DNA of 59,408 nucleotides, counting the filler, from Rhizaria sp. SCN 62-66 (Eukaryota): NCBI GenBank assembly GCA_001724265.1. It is 9 parts of 9 records of this genome, joined end to end, with 100 filler letters (N's around TTAATTAATTAA, not from the genome) between each part and the next. Parts side by side here need not be neighbours in the genome. Positions count along the whole stretch, not along the records: positions 37,124 to 46,464 come from MEDY01000643.1; positions 46,565 to 54,231 come from MEDY01000644.1; 7 more parts are not named here. One strand, 5' to 3'. Below, one piece after another: positions 37,124 to 50,065 of this stretch; the stretch's first letter is position 1; each line of letters opens with the position of its first letter. The notes beneath the pieces were generated by a model. The model did not search any database. It saw nothing but the letters and a program-made list of their open reading frames with translations, and had not been told where the DNA came from. The position numbers were made by a program, and so were the translations under genes.

Positions 37124-37318
37124 TGGTAATCTAGGGATGTTTATTGGGGATGGGGGGTGCCTCAACATCACAAACATGTGGGGTGGGAGAGGCAAACGGC
37201 CCAATTCGCGACCCCCGTGTAAGACTCTGATGACACAGAGCCCGATTTTTGAACTGATGCAAACGCACTGATACATCCGTTGATAGCATTACTGCTAGCG
37301 GTATAGATATTTCTAGGG

Positions 37319-39855
37319 ATGTTTTATCTTCCTGAAATATTAATTGCGCTCTTTGGCACAGTTATTATTGGCTGCTACCTCTTCGACAAGTACGTCCAAT
37401 TCCTCGACTCCAGAGCGTCCTTTCCCCGCTCTCCGTCGCCTCACCACCTTTCTGCTTCTTTTTGCAACCACTTTTACACGCAGGTTTGTCGATGTATCTA
37501 ACCCGCTGGGCCGCACACAGCGCCCCGCAGAGTTGCAATCTGTCACAGTCGCCGGCCGCGAAATCCCCACCTCGGTCCTGTACCTCCCGCCCTGCTCCCC
37601 CGCTGAGGCCGCCGCCGCGGGCAACCCCGCTGCCTCCAGCGCGAATGCCAGCGGGCTATCCACCTCAGCGCCGGCGTCGTGCGAACTGGTGCACGTTTAC
37701 TTCCCCGGCAACCCCGGTTTGTGCGAGTTCTACATCGAGACGATGGAGGCCGTCCGCCGCGCGAAACACGGCGCCACGCACGTCTACTGCATTGGCCACG
37801 CGGGGCAGGGCTTCCAGGTCTCGCAGGCCGCGTTTGAGGCCGCGCGCGCCGACCCTGCGGTTGCTGCCGATGTTGCCGGCATGCGCTTTGACGGCGACGC
37901 CCTCCCTAAGACAATCTATGCTAACGCCGTTGTTAAGAACACCAACAGTGCGACGAATGCTGCTGCGGCCTCAGAGAACACTCTCAACGGCTGTGCGCAC
38001 GGCCGGTTCATGTCGTACCCGTTTGACGCGTCGCGCCCACTGTCCCTGCGCGCGCAAATCGCCCACAAACTCGCCGTTCTGACGGCTCTCCGCCGCCGCC
38101 ACCCGCGGGCGACGTTCGTGCTCTCCGGTCACTCGATGGGCTCGCACTGCATCATGGAGACGCTGCGGTCCGTCGAGCGCGCCGCCGCCCTCCGCCGCGG
38201 CGGCGCGGCCGGGCTGGCGCGCTGGGACGCCGCCGCGCGCGAGGGCTGCGAGAGTGTCAGTGATAGTGAGGCCGTCGTTGTAATGCCGCGGCCGGGGCAG
38301 CGCGGGCGGCGCGGGGGCGACCCGGCCGCCGCCGGACTGGGCGCGGAGCGGCCGCGGCAGTGTGGCGACGTGGCCGCGCTGGACAACCACGTCACGCGCG
38401 TTGAGTTTAGCGCGGAGGAGCTGAGCGAGTGGACGGACCTCGACGGGATGCGCTGGACCGAAAAATGCGAAACTAAGTCCTCTTCTTCTGTCAATGTCAT
38501 TAGCAAGGATGACCACGCTTGTGCTGGCAATCCTGAGAGTGAGAGCGTTGCGACTGCGGCCGACTCTGAGCCCGATGCCGACGCTGAGACCGAGACTCAT
38601 GCTCAGACTGGTAAAGATGCTGAGACTGATGGCGATTGTGATGTTACAAAGACGACGAACAACAAGAGTGGGCGCAAGTCTTTCCCTCCCGTCGTCGTTG
38701 GCGCCACTATCACGACGACCTCGCGCTCCAACCCCGGCAGCGCTGGCTCTCCCCTCAAGCTCAACAATAACACCACGAACGCCGCGAGCGCTATCAAGCT
38801 TCCTGTCGCAAAGACCGCTGCTAGTGGGAGTGCTCGCAATGGCGAGTTCGGCAGCGACCCGCTGGCGTGGGTTCAGCACGCGCAGCTGCTCTTTCCGACC
38901 GTGCTGCGCATCGCCGACTCCCCCAACGGCGACTTCTTCGTCCCGCTTTTCCAGCGCCAGTGGATCGTCGACGCCGTGCTGACTGCCATCGGCTGGCTGC
39001 CCGCGTTTGTCCGCCGCACGCTTGTCGCGGTCAACGTGAACCCCTTTGCCGCGCCTGTCGTGCACGCGGCCGCGCGTATGGTACGTGAGTGGGCGGTCTT
39101 GCTTTTATTTTTCTCAATATGATGCAATCGTAACGTACGCATCCTTGAACTTGAATCCAATTGTCACGTGCGAATCCTTAACCTCGCCTCACTTGATACC
39201 CATTTTTGACTTTCTTTTTCTTGCGAACCTTTCTGCTTTATAGGCCGCGTCCCAGGGCGTTTTGCGTGCCATTGTCAAGATGGCCGCGGATGAGATGCGG
39301 GAGATCCGCTGTCTCGACACCGCGCTCCTGCGCCGACAGGTACGCGTGCTATAGGTCATTATCACATGAATATTCTCATCTATCGTTATAGGAGTACATA
39401 ATATATGTTATTTATTCACATGATATTTATTTACTTTACTGGAAATATACTTTGAAAATCACTCATATCGCGTCATTTCATTCTATTTTGCTCGATTTTA
39501 TCACAACCAACAGGGCGCCCGCGTGGCGTTCTACACTGCGGCGGCCGGCCTGGACGGGTGGGCCCCGCACTGGCAGGTCGAGTACCTCCAGTCGCTCGCC
39601 CACGATTGGGCCGCCGAGGACAGTCAGCAGAACGCCGGCGGCAGTGACCGTGAGCAGCAGCAGCAAGGGAAGAAGGTGACTGTGGGCAGGTGGCGGGGCG
39701 GCGTGCATAGTGTCGTGATCGACAGCCACGGGCTACCGCATGCGTACGTCACTGCGGGCAGCGAGACCGTGGGGCAGAAGATTGCGCTGTGGCCCGGCGA
39801 GGTGGCCGCCGCTGAGGAGGCGGCACAGCAAAGCAAGAACGGCAAGAGCGCGTGA
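37319..39855 (+). CDS. LDAH: Lipid droplet-associated serine hydrolase (LDAH/DUF2305-like) with N-terminal TM and long insertions; exons 37319-37389, 37484-39080, 39244-39339, 39514-39855
   Basis: FPGNPGLCEFY, IGHAG, SLRAQIAHK, GHSMG nucleophile, LLFPTVLRIADSPNG, MAADEMREI, DGWAP, PHAY. Confidence 0.9.
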
Positions 39856-40324
39856 ACCAACCATGGCGTGAACATGGTGACAGTGAGAAAGAGTATTTAA
39901 TATCAACTGAGTTGCGTTAAGTTTGTTTTGTGATATATGGGTTCAGCATGGCTCTGTACGTGTGTGAGATTGACACGAATAAAGCGGAAATTATTGGCGT
40001 ACTCGACGAAAACGTTACTCGTGAATGACTGTGAGCATGTGGGCCCTCCAGCGAAAGGCCGCAGCTGACGAAGTGACCCCCTTTCGAATACAACATATTT
40101 AAGCACATAATGGCCGTCAGACGCTAAACTGGCACTCCTTTGTGAAATTTAAACATCTAAAAGTCTTAATTGTAATTTAAAATACTCTTGATTTTTGTCC
40201 TGGCCCGAAGAAAAGGCTCTTTCCTTTTCGCTCCTCCTCCCCGCGGACCCCCTCCTCGATCTAGCCCCGCCCGCGCCCCCGCCCGCGTCCCGCCGCTGCT
40301 CCGCCCGCCCCCGCTGCCGCCGCC

Positions 40325-41763
40325 ATGTTGGAGCGCATCGTGAACTTGATCCCCGCCGAGTGTCCCCCGGACACGGAGTACGCTGCCTGGTTCCTCAGCC
40401 CGTTGCAGCACGCCATCGAGTCCCCCCTCATCGGCGGGCTGGCAGCCTACTTCGCTTACACCCTCGGCTCCCCCGCCGGCGTACGTCTTCATAACCGCAT
40501 CTATTCGCAAAAAGAGCGCTGTATGATGTAGACAGCTTTCTTTCCCTGTGATATTTACTGCTTTTATTCAGAACCGTTTTTCTTATGTGCTTCTAAACCT
40601 TTCTATTTCGCGAGACCCTCGCTGCATCTCGCATCAAGATGCACTAACGAAAACTCGCTTCAGCACTTCGCAATCTCACTTCTTATCTCTCTCACTTCAC
40701 TCACGCACATATCTCCGCCTATATTGCCTTCTTTTAATGTGGCTTTACGTATATAGATCAAGAAGGTCCTCGCCGAGACGCGTTGGTCGAGCCGCCGCTC
40801 TCTGCCCGAGATCATCCTGCTCATCCTCGCAGTCGCTTCCTTCAGCCTGATTATTTACCACAAGATCATGAAGCAGAAGGTCGGCTTTCTGCTCCAGCCC
40901 TGCCACGTTTGCCATGTGCTTCTCATCCTTACCTTGGCGCTCCCGCGCGGCCCCGGCGCCGGCGCGCTCTGCTTCAACTACTACATCCACTGGCTTTTCT
41001 CCCCCTTCCTCGGGCTCGTCGCCGCGGAGCTTGACTGCTACCAGCAGCGCTTCGAGCTCGCCAACTGGTTCGTGCAGCACGCGCTACTCATGGTCGCGCC
41101 CGTCGTGCTCGTGCGCTCACGCCGCCACCCCACGGCCACGGGCGCACGGTTTTTTTTCCACGCATTCGCGCTCGCTGTGCTCTACCACTTCGCTATCCTA
41201 GAGGCACGTCTCGATTTAGAAGAGATATCCCTCGCATGATAACAATTCATGATATATTCTATTCATATTCCTGTATAACTTGTTGGCTTAAATTATCTTA
41301 CTTTTTTATCTTGAATCACGCGCATATATGTCTCCAAATCTCTCATAATTGTTATTATCCTTGCATTCTCTATTATGTTAACTTTTTTTCACAGGTGATG
41401 TCTCCCCTGACGGGCCTCAACATCAACTACATGTACTGCCCGATCACGGCGCTGCAGAAGTACGGCAAGCTGTACCGCGTGCTCATGTCCCTCGCCACGG
41501 GCGTCATCGCAGCCATCGCGCGGTACCTTGTGCTGGTGCCGCTCTGCTGGCTCGTCGGCACCAGCGTGCTCCCGCAGGACGACTTCTGGCTCAAGCCGGG
41601 CTCCTTCTCTCACAGCAGCAGCAACAGCGCTGACGAAACGGCCACCACGAGCATCAGCAGCAGTGGCAAGAGCGGCAGTAAGCTCAAGAGCGGTGGTCAC
41701 GGTAAGATTGAGAACTCCTCTGGCGTTGCGACCGGCCTGGTCAAGACCAAGAAGCTCGACTAA
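40325..41763 (+). CDS. TMEM164: TMEM164-family membrane protein; exons 40325-40480, 40757-41203, 41395-41763 (second intron GC-AG)
   Basis: WFLSPLQHAIE, FLLQPCHV, ELANWFVQH, YHF, GLNINYMYCP. Confidence 0.85.
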
Positions 41764-42214
41764 GTACCCTCTTAGAATCTCGACTAATTACCCTCCTTTG
41801 ATGCTAGACTAAGTCCCTTACTCACGTCCCACTTAAAAGCTCAGAACTCTTACTAATAATGTTTTTTTGCTTGTTTTTGCGGCTTCAATTGCCTTTGTTA
41901 TACCAGTTACTGTGATTGTTTCTGCTTGCTATTTGTTTGCCTCTTTGCTTTTTTTCACGTTGTTTCGTTTGCTTTATCGCTTTGTATTTGTGCTGCCTCT
42001 GTCTGTTCGTCAGTCAGTTTGTTTGTTTCGCTTCTTTTCTCGTTTTGTTGATACTGTTGGTTTTTGCATTACACTCTACATTTGCTTACCACGGCGAGAC
42101 TTTGTCTCTGTCGCTTGACGGTAACGCCTCTTTATCGCAACCCAAACTCAGTATTTCTACGACAGATGTTACTTCTGTCACTCATATATCTGCTGCAGTT
42201 GTATGTTGTCGTTA

Positions 42215-42217
<3 letters not shown>

Positions 42218-42304
<87 letters not shown>
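42218..42304. repeat. (CTG)29 microsatellite
   Basis: Perfect trinucleotide run in AT-rich non-coding context. Confidence 0.95.
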
Positions 42305-42306
<2 letters not shown>

Positions 42307-43704
42307 TGTTGTTGTTGTCAAGTGACTTAGATCATAATGTCAGTCTGGATCGACCATGTTCCATATATCTCCTATATTGTTCTCGTTTGCCTCTCCTTCC
42401 CATAATTCATACTAACCTACGCTCTGTCTTGTTCGCGTTGGCGTTGGTGATTCCCTCTGATCTGCACTGTCTGCGGACGTGTAGCTGTTCTCACCCCGTT
42501 CCCTTCTTGTGTTTGTCCGGCTTTGTCACTGTCACTCTGCTTTTATATCGTGCTATCTCTTGGTCGCTGCACTCGCTGCCTGGTGTCTTTTTACCTGTCA
42601 TTTCTTATTTCCGTGTGCTCATCTGTGGGCGTCATAACCTCACTTTCGTTCTCTTCGCTCGATCCTATATCTTCGCATCATTATCGTCATTATCATCCTG
42701 ACCAGCAACTTCTGTTGCAGTCTAAAAGCCAATGCGAATCAACTCACAAGAACTATCAAGCTAACGCAATCGAGTTTCTTTTTCCGCACTGTGATTTCCT
42801 GTCATGCTGCATACCATGGATTAGCTTTCCTGGCTTCGTAGGTGTGCAAGTATCAGTGTGTTTTTGCTCTCTGTTGCCGTTGCTACTCTTCATATCTAAT
42901 TCCTTTGACTATGATCACCCCAAGTGATACAAGTCACTTAATACTCTTCGTCAAGCATCCTATTTTACTGCTAACAATACAAATCATACATTTGTGCCTG
43001 GATAATCGATCAGACGCCCGCATGTCCTGGCCTGAGAGGGCTTTCTCACGGTCACCCTCCTCCTCTTACACAGTCCGTCTGGACGGTCATCTCCTTGCTG
43101 CGATGATAGCTCTTCCACTTTTTGCGTACAATTGTAGGGGTCATTGCAATCATTTTCGTGGGGATTTGACAAAATATTTGCGACTAACATACGCGGTTGT
43201 TTCATATATTTTACTGACAGTCTTTTCAACGCATGAGAACCTTTTGCATTTACTGTTATTTGGCGACGGGCTTGCTCTTCAAATTGCGCTTGGACGCTCG
43301 CCTCAGACGGCCTTCAGACTGCTTGCAAGCATCGCGACTTCTCATCGTACAGTTCGCAGCTGTCAATAACTTCACCCACTTACGCCATATGTTGAAATGA
43401 ATTGCTTCGTTTCCGCGTCCTCGCTGTAGACACGTCGAGACTTCTTTCGAGACCCTCCATAGTCCTGGTCCACAACCACTCGGAGACCGTTGCCGCTCAC
43501 CATCATACATTGAGCGCTCTCCGTCCACCCTCGATGTCGGCTCTTTATGCGTTCCCGCGTCGCTCGCGGGCTACCGCTTTTATGGACAACGCAACTTGCG
43601 CTGATCTTTCTCGTGCGCCATGCCTGAAAGGGTGTAATATGTCTCATGGAGCTCCACTCCCCGAACGGATAACAACCTCTGCATGTCAAGCTGCGAACTG
43701 GAAC

Positions 43705-46464
43705 ATGAGCTTGTTCGCATATTTCCCGCTCATCCTTCTCGTCCTCCTTCTTAACGCTATCAGCTCGGCCACTGCTGTATCCTCTCTGGACTCGTACCAG
43801 CAATCTGTCGCCAGTTATTCACCCTTTTCAACCTTTCCCTGGTATGATATCACGTCACTCAAGCCCGCCGACAGCAGCAACGTACTCTTACGTTGCACGC
43901 ACACGCCGGATGTGATATACTTCCTATCAAATCCGACTTTGACTTCTCCAACGTTAACCACAGAGACGACTCTAAAGGCTGAAAACAGTTCATATTGGGA
44001 AGGGTCAGTCACAGCGACCTATGCGTACATGTCTATCGCGTATCGGCTAGCAACAGCAGATCTGATGTCGTGCTCGATCCGCACTGTCGATGGGGCAACA
44101 GAACTCGCGAGCGCGTCCTTAGTCCCCCAAACCACCTACTCAGGTGAGAGTCAGATATACGCATAGGCGACTGTCCTGGCGATATATTTTTATTATCGTA
44201 GTCTAAAGTATGTGTTTTATTCCCGCTCCGATCGGTACGAGATTTATTATGGATCCCCGTTAGTAGTGGCACCAGTCTCATCGAGTTATTTAAGTAATTT
44301 TATACTGACGCCAACTACATCAGGTTGCACAATTGTCCGTAATCCGAATAAGTTCTCGGCGCAAAATCCACCCCCTACTTTTCTGTCCAGCCAACCATTT
44401 GTAAATGAGATGTCGATCACTTATTACATCAGCGGCAACACATGCACGCTATCCACCAATGTGCCGACGTACATTTCTCCCGGTACATCACATGCTGTAA
44501 TGTTGACATCGCTTTGGTTCATTACAATGGCGAGCTCACTTGCGACCGACGGCTTTGTTTCTATGATGAACTGGACAAAGCTCATCCCGCCAGGTTCGTA
44601 CGAAGCAGTCAGCCTTACGTCAAGTGATAAATATGTCGATTTTGTTGTATTGGTGAACGAAAATGAACACTTTCCAGCCGTCTCAACAGATCCTGAGATT
44701 AGCTATGCCGGTCAGTGGCCTACAATCACGATCACGAGTGGTAGCTTACACATGTACTCGCTCAGTCGCAAAGGTGGTCAATTCATGAATGCTCTCATGC
44801 TTCCAACTTTTCAGACGCTTTCCGCAGCTGAAATCAATCTTCTTCTACCCTTGACGAGTCAGTTGATGTCTCCCTTTGCCGTGGTTTCTCAATTTGGTAC
44901 ATTTTCTCCGAAGACGCTTGATAACGGATTTATTGTAACAACCACGCGTGTTGCAGGCTCAGGCACGCTGACGTTTCGTGTTGCCGCGCGCGGACCATAC
45001 TCTTATTTGTCTACATACGACGTGTTCGCAATAACTAACACGGAGTTCTCCATTTGTAATAGTACCTCTTCAGCCACGGTACTGCCGGGCACGGATGCTG
45101 CTCAGGCAAAGCCGCAGTCGAAACAGTTCACGCACACGACAACTGAGACGGAGTTCGTGTACTTTGAGTTCCAATGCACACTTGATCCAACGGCTGACTT
45201 TTACAACGCGCGGTTTAACTCCACTATTGGTGTTGGCACGACAACAAACACAGGCGCACACATCAGCTCCGCAGCCACTACAACGGGTATTTCGTTTACG
45301 TCGTTTGCGACAACAGCTGCAACAATATCCACAGCATATGCAAGCATTGCGCCACTTTCAGTGTACCAGCGTGACGATGACTTTACCGGCGTTGCGCTGC
45401 GCGTTATGTGCGACCGTGATCCCGGAGTTCTTGTGTGGCTGCAACTCACCAGCGACCCCGCCGACGCGCCCATTGCGGTCACGCACACGGCGGCCTGGGA
45501 ACAATGCACTGTGCTAGGCGAGTCCAAGTACTGTTCGACGTCGCCTGCAGCAGACGCAGGCCGTGGCAGCATTGCTATGGTCTTCCGCGGCACAAACACA
45601 ATTACGTGCCGCTTTGCTGACAAGTACGGCCTTGCGCCGCACAACCATGTGACTCTGTCGCCGGCGCCCCTGCGTGTTGTTGTCAAGCTCTCTGAGACTG
45701 TCGAAGGCAACGTTGAGTTTTGGCTTCAAGCGCCGACGTCACCATCGCTCATGTTGATGCCTCAAGACACGCTTGTGCTGGAGAGGGCCTACACTAATGA
45801 CGCTGTGTGCAGTACAACAGACGTTCTTGAAAACTCCGTGGTAACGTATGATTCCGTTGCATTTGAAACGTCGCTCTCGTCCACCCTTCTCCGCTTTATT
45901 TCTGACACTGCCAACGCAGTCCGCGCTTCTTGCAGCAGCATGACTATGGCGGGTATTGCCGACTGGGTGAAGCTTTACTACAACGGACGTGTAAAGCTCG
46001 TCTCAGCTGGTAGCTCAAACGTCACTTCAAGATTCAATACGCCAGACTCTGCTTTTCTCGATGTTGTCTTCGAGCCAACTGCAACGGCATTTGCTCCGGT
46101 AACAAACGCTGCTTCCGCAAAGGGCATTCCGACTGTGACACCTGTGTCTTCGTCCGAAAGCTATCCCGGTTTTGTATGTTCTGAGCCTGTCAACATTGTG
46201 CGCTCAATTGACCTCGTGAGTGCAAGCGGGACTCTTGGCAGTTCTGACGTTGAAACATTCCTGTCGCTGTATTGGGGCAAGGAGACTTACTCCGACCACT
46301 TTGCGCAGGCAGATGACTCCGGCGGCGCGAAGCCCTCCGTTGCGCTGCTGCACCGGTCTGTGACCCCCGTCACTTGCGCCGTGTTCAACAGTCTCGGCGT
46401 GCGTCGGTACACCGCAGGCGCAGTGCCTGGTGCCGCCTTGGCGTCCGCAAGCCAGGCTCTCACG
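43705..46464 (+). CDS. Secreted/surface Ser/Thr-rich beta-sandwich-like protein, 3' truncated; in-frame TAG at 44164 (recoded or inside an intron)
   Basis: Signal peptide MSLFAYFPLILLVLLLNAISSATA; ORFs 43402-44166 and 44212-46464 share one frame. Confidence 0.7.
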
Positions 46465-46564
46465 NNNNNNNNNNNNNNNNNNNNNNNNNNNNNNNNNNNN
46501 NNNNNNNNTTAATTAATTAANNNNNNNNNNNNNNNNNNNNNNNNNNNNNNNNNNNNNNNNNNNN
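46465..46564. other. Artificial contig linker
   Basis: Same 100-nt linker. Confidence 0.98.
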
Positions 46565-47121
<557 letters not shown>

Positions 47122-47843
47122 GTTGTTTGATTAGGATTCTTTTATGGAATCTAAGCGAATTAGCTAAACCACCCGACCGGTTCATGAGCCAGCCCACACA
47201 AAGAGCCCACCACAACCCACAGTCCCCAGCCCCGCCCCTCACTATGGGCAGCTTTGAAAAACCGAACTCATGCAATAAGATTAACATTTGGGAGCATGAA
47301 AACATGTTATATCTTGTAGATCTCTTATTTATATTTGTCTCTAAAGGGTTATCTTGTATTGCGTTAAGCTACCCTGGCATATGTCTTCTTCAGGTGAATT
47401 GACGGAAAAAATTGAAAAAATGGAACTTTTGGGGCGTAACGAGAATGAACTCTAAATAGACAACAACAGTTAACGTGTCACACGATCGCAAAGAATGTCA
47501 ACTCGTGCGCAGGCTCGCTGTTTGTTTGCTCCAGAAACGTTCATAGTATCGCGCTATACGCCTCTGAAAGTCGCTGGCTCCCCGATGTGTAACGGTCGAC
47601 GACATCATCAAAACCTCTGGGACGAAAAAATGCGCTGATATCCAAACTAAAGCATTATTGCGCTATATAACAGTGTGGTCTATAATAACTCTAATGAATT
47701 AAGTAAATGGAAGCCTACATAGATCTGTGAAGCTTGTTCAAATACAAATGACATCATGTGTATTGGAAACTCGAGCTGAAGGACGCAATATGAGCTAGAT
47801 AAACGATATATGAATACAATGAACGAAACAACGCGTCTCGTTG

Positions 47844-49017
47844 TCACACCGAGTCTGCCAGCCACCCCGGCAGCCGCTGGCCCGCGTGTGTAGCCGCGTC
47901 CCCTGTCTCTGCAGCAGCAGAAGCAGATGCACCAGACGCCACGAGCGCAGAAGCAGGAGGCGCGACGCCGGTGGCTGCGGCCACCACAAGCATCGCCTCA
48001 GTCTCCGCGTCAACGTCACCACTACCCGCAACGCCGCCTCCAGAACCGACACAACAGGGGCTCGAGTCATGAATCGCAGCAGCGTTCACAGGCGCAGAGC
48101 TGTTGCGGCCACTGCTACTGCTGCTGTCCCCGTGAAGCAACCTCAGCATGCGCGCCTGCAGCGCCCCCACACTCGGCAACAACGCTCTCGCTGCAAGCGC
48201 TGGATTCATCGCACTATTCGCGCCGCCTCCACCGGCAACTGCGACGGCGTCGGGCGCGGCGAGCGCAGCGACCAACGAGCCCGGGTCCGCGGCAGCGGGC
48301 CGCAGTGTATCCAGCGCAGCGCGCGCGAGGCAGAGGTCGAGCAGAGGCTCGCAGCCGACGTAGCTTGCAGCGCCGGCCAGACGCAGGACCTGTTCCAACG
48401 GCAGCGAGAGCGCGAAGGCGGCGTCCCAATGCGGGACCAGCGCGTACAAGTCGTCGCTCGGCAGCGGCGCCGGCAGCGGCGCCGGCGGCGGCGACCGCGC
48501 GTGCTCAGCGCCCCACTCGCAGAGCAGAAGCAGCTCCGGAGACGCCACCGTCGACAGCGGAAACTTTGACACGGGACCCGCAGCTGCGATTTAATCAACA
48601 AGTGAAAAGCAAATGGCAAACTTAAAAGTGAGATGGAAAGGTTGTTTGGGACTCCGTATATAAGACCAAGATCTAGTGTATGTAATAGCAAGTAAGGAAA
48701 ACCAGTTTTGTGTGCTTTGCGCTCAAGTTCGTACCTTCGAGCATAGCAGCAATGATGGTGCAGTGCTCGAAGCACTTAACATCGGCGCGCACAGACTTGC
48801 CGTCATTGCACTTGATCTTCACGATCACGGGGACACGCTTGCTGCGCGGTGGCGGCGGTGCGGCTGCGAACGCACTTGATGTTGAGACGTTGTCAAGTGA
48901 CCCTGATGAATCTCCAGCTGCAACATCAAGAGAAGTGAATGCTTCATTCAAGGCTGACGGTTCGTGCAAATGCGAAAGCGACTCTGGTTCGTCGTCGTCT
49001 AGCGAGCCAAAGTTCAT
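47844..49017 (-). CDS. Divergent Skp1-like (BTB/POZ) protein; exons 49017-48735, 48583-47844
   Basis: VKIKCNDGK, CTIIAAMLE, FPLSTVASPELLLLCEW, WDAAF...VLRLAGAASYVGCEPLLDLC mirror Skp1 motifs. Confidence 0.75.
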
Positions 49018-50065
49018 CGGCCGTTAAAATAATACCTCTGTTCACACTAAGTCCTTTGTTTTTCTTATTGAAACAACAGCAACAAGCTGGCGGATGCTCA
49101 TCTCACGTGAGTTGAGCAGATATAACCGAACAAATGTCCAGGTTCATACCTTAAACTAAAAGGATTACTCCCTTTCTCAGGTGGGTTATTTTGACAAGTA
49201 CTACACTACATACGGGAGAAGCTTTGAAAATTCGGTAGTGCATATATCTATATGTATATACGATTAATAAAAATTCTTTTGTTATTTTACATTTTTTTAA
49301 ACGTGTTCAAGAAATATATGATATTATTGTATGATATCTTTTCAATCTCATGCTTTATGATAGTAGAACAGCTCTGAATGAGGACTTGCAAACTAAGTAA
49401 GTTAGTTTTTTACTTACTTTGACTTTGCATGTGATAATGTTTTGTATGCAATAATGGTTTTGTGGTCGCAAGTTTGACTCTTGTTTTGTGTGTTGTGATC
49501 TGTTGACTTTACTTTTAGTCTATGATAACTCTATGGATGTGTTAAGTAACCAAAATCGGGCGAACAAGATTTTTCAAGTCCGAAATAGTTTGCAATAAAT
49601 CAAGCGCCATTTCATGAAATCTTCCCCCACGCGCTTTGATTGGGGAAATCAAATAGCTTAAACAATGGTCAGAGGCTATGTATACAATTTAGCTCATAAA
49701 GATCTAATTTGCGCAAGTTTTGTTGAGACACACGGCCTGCTGTAGATCGTGATGTGGTCAGCAAGGTTCAGGCTCATCTGAGACATATCTCCATGCTTAC
49801 AGTCGAAAGTCTTCTAAGAATGCACTATATGCAATGATGTCTTTATTAATATCGAATAAACTTGAATTGTACGACTATATACACATATTACATGATAACT
49901 TAAAACAAATGAGCGTATGATTGGTTCGCCTCCTCCTCGAATCTGTCTTGACCAGACTTACGGCTGGAGTTACGAACATCACCAAAGGGACAAGAAATAG
50001 AGCGATGGGAATATCATCTTGCAGAAGGAGTTTGCGCGCTTACACGATAGATATGAGATCCAATC

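Noticed and set aside
41916-42701. Poly-Cys / poly-Ala ORFs
   Set aside because: Artefact of the (CTG)29 microsatellite in AT-rich sequence
44144-44166. 23-nt GT-AG mini-intron removing the TAG
   Set aside because: Would shift the frame away from the long downstream ORF
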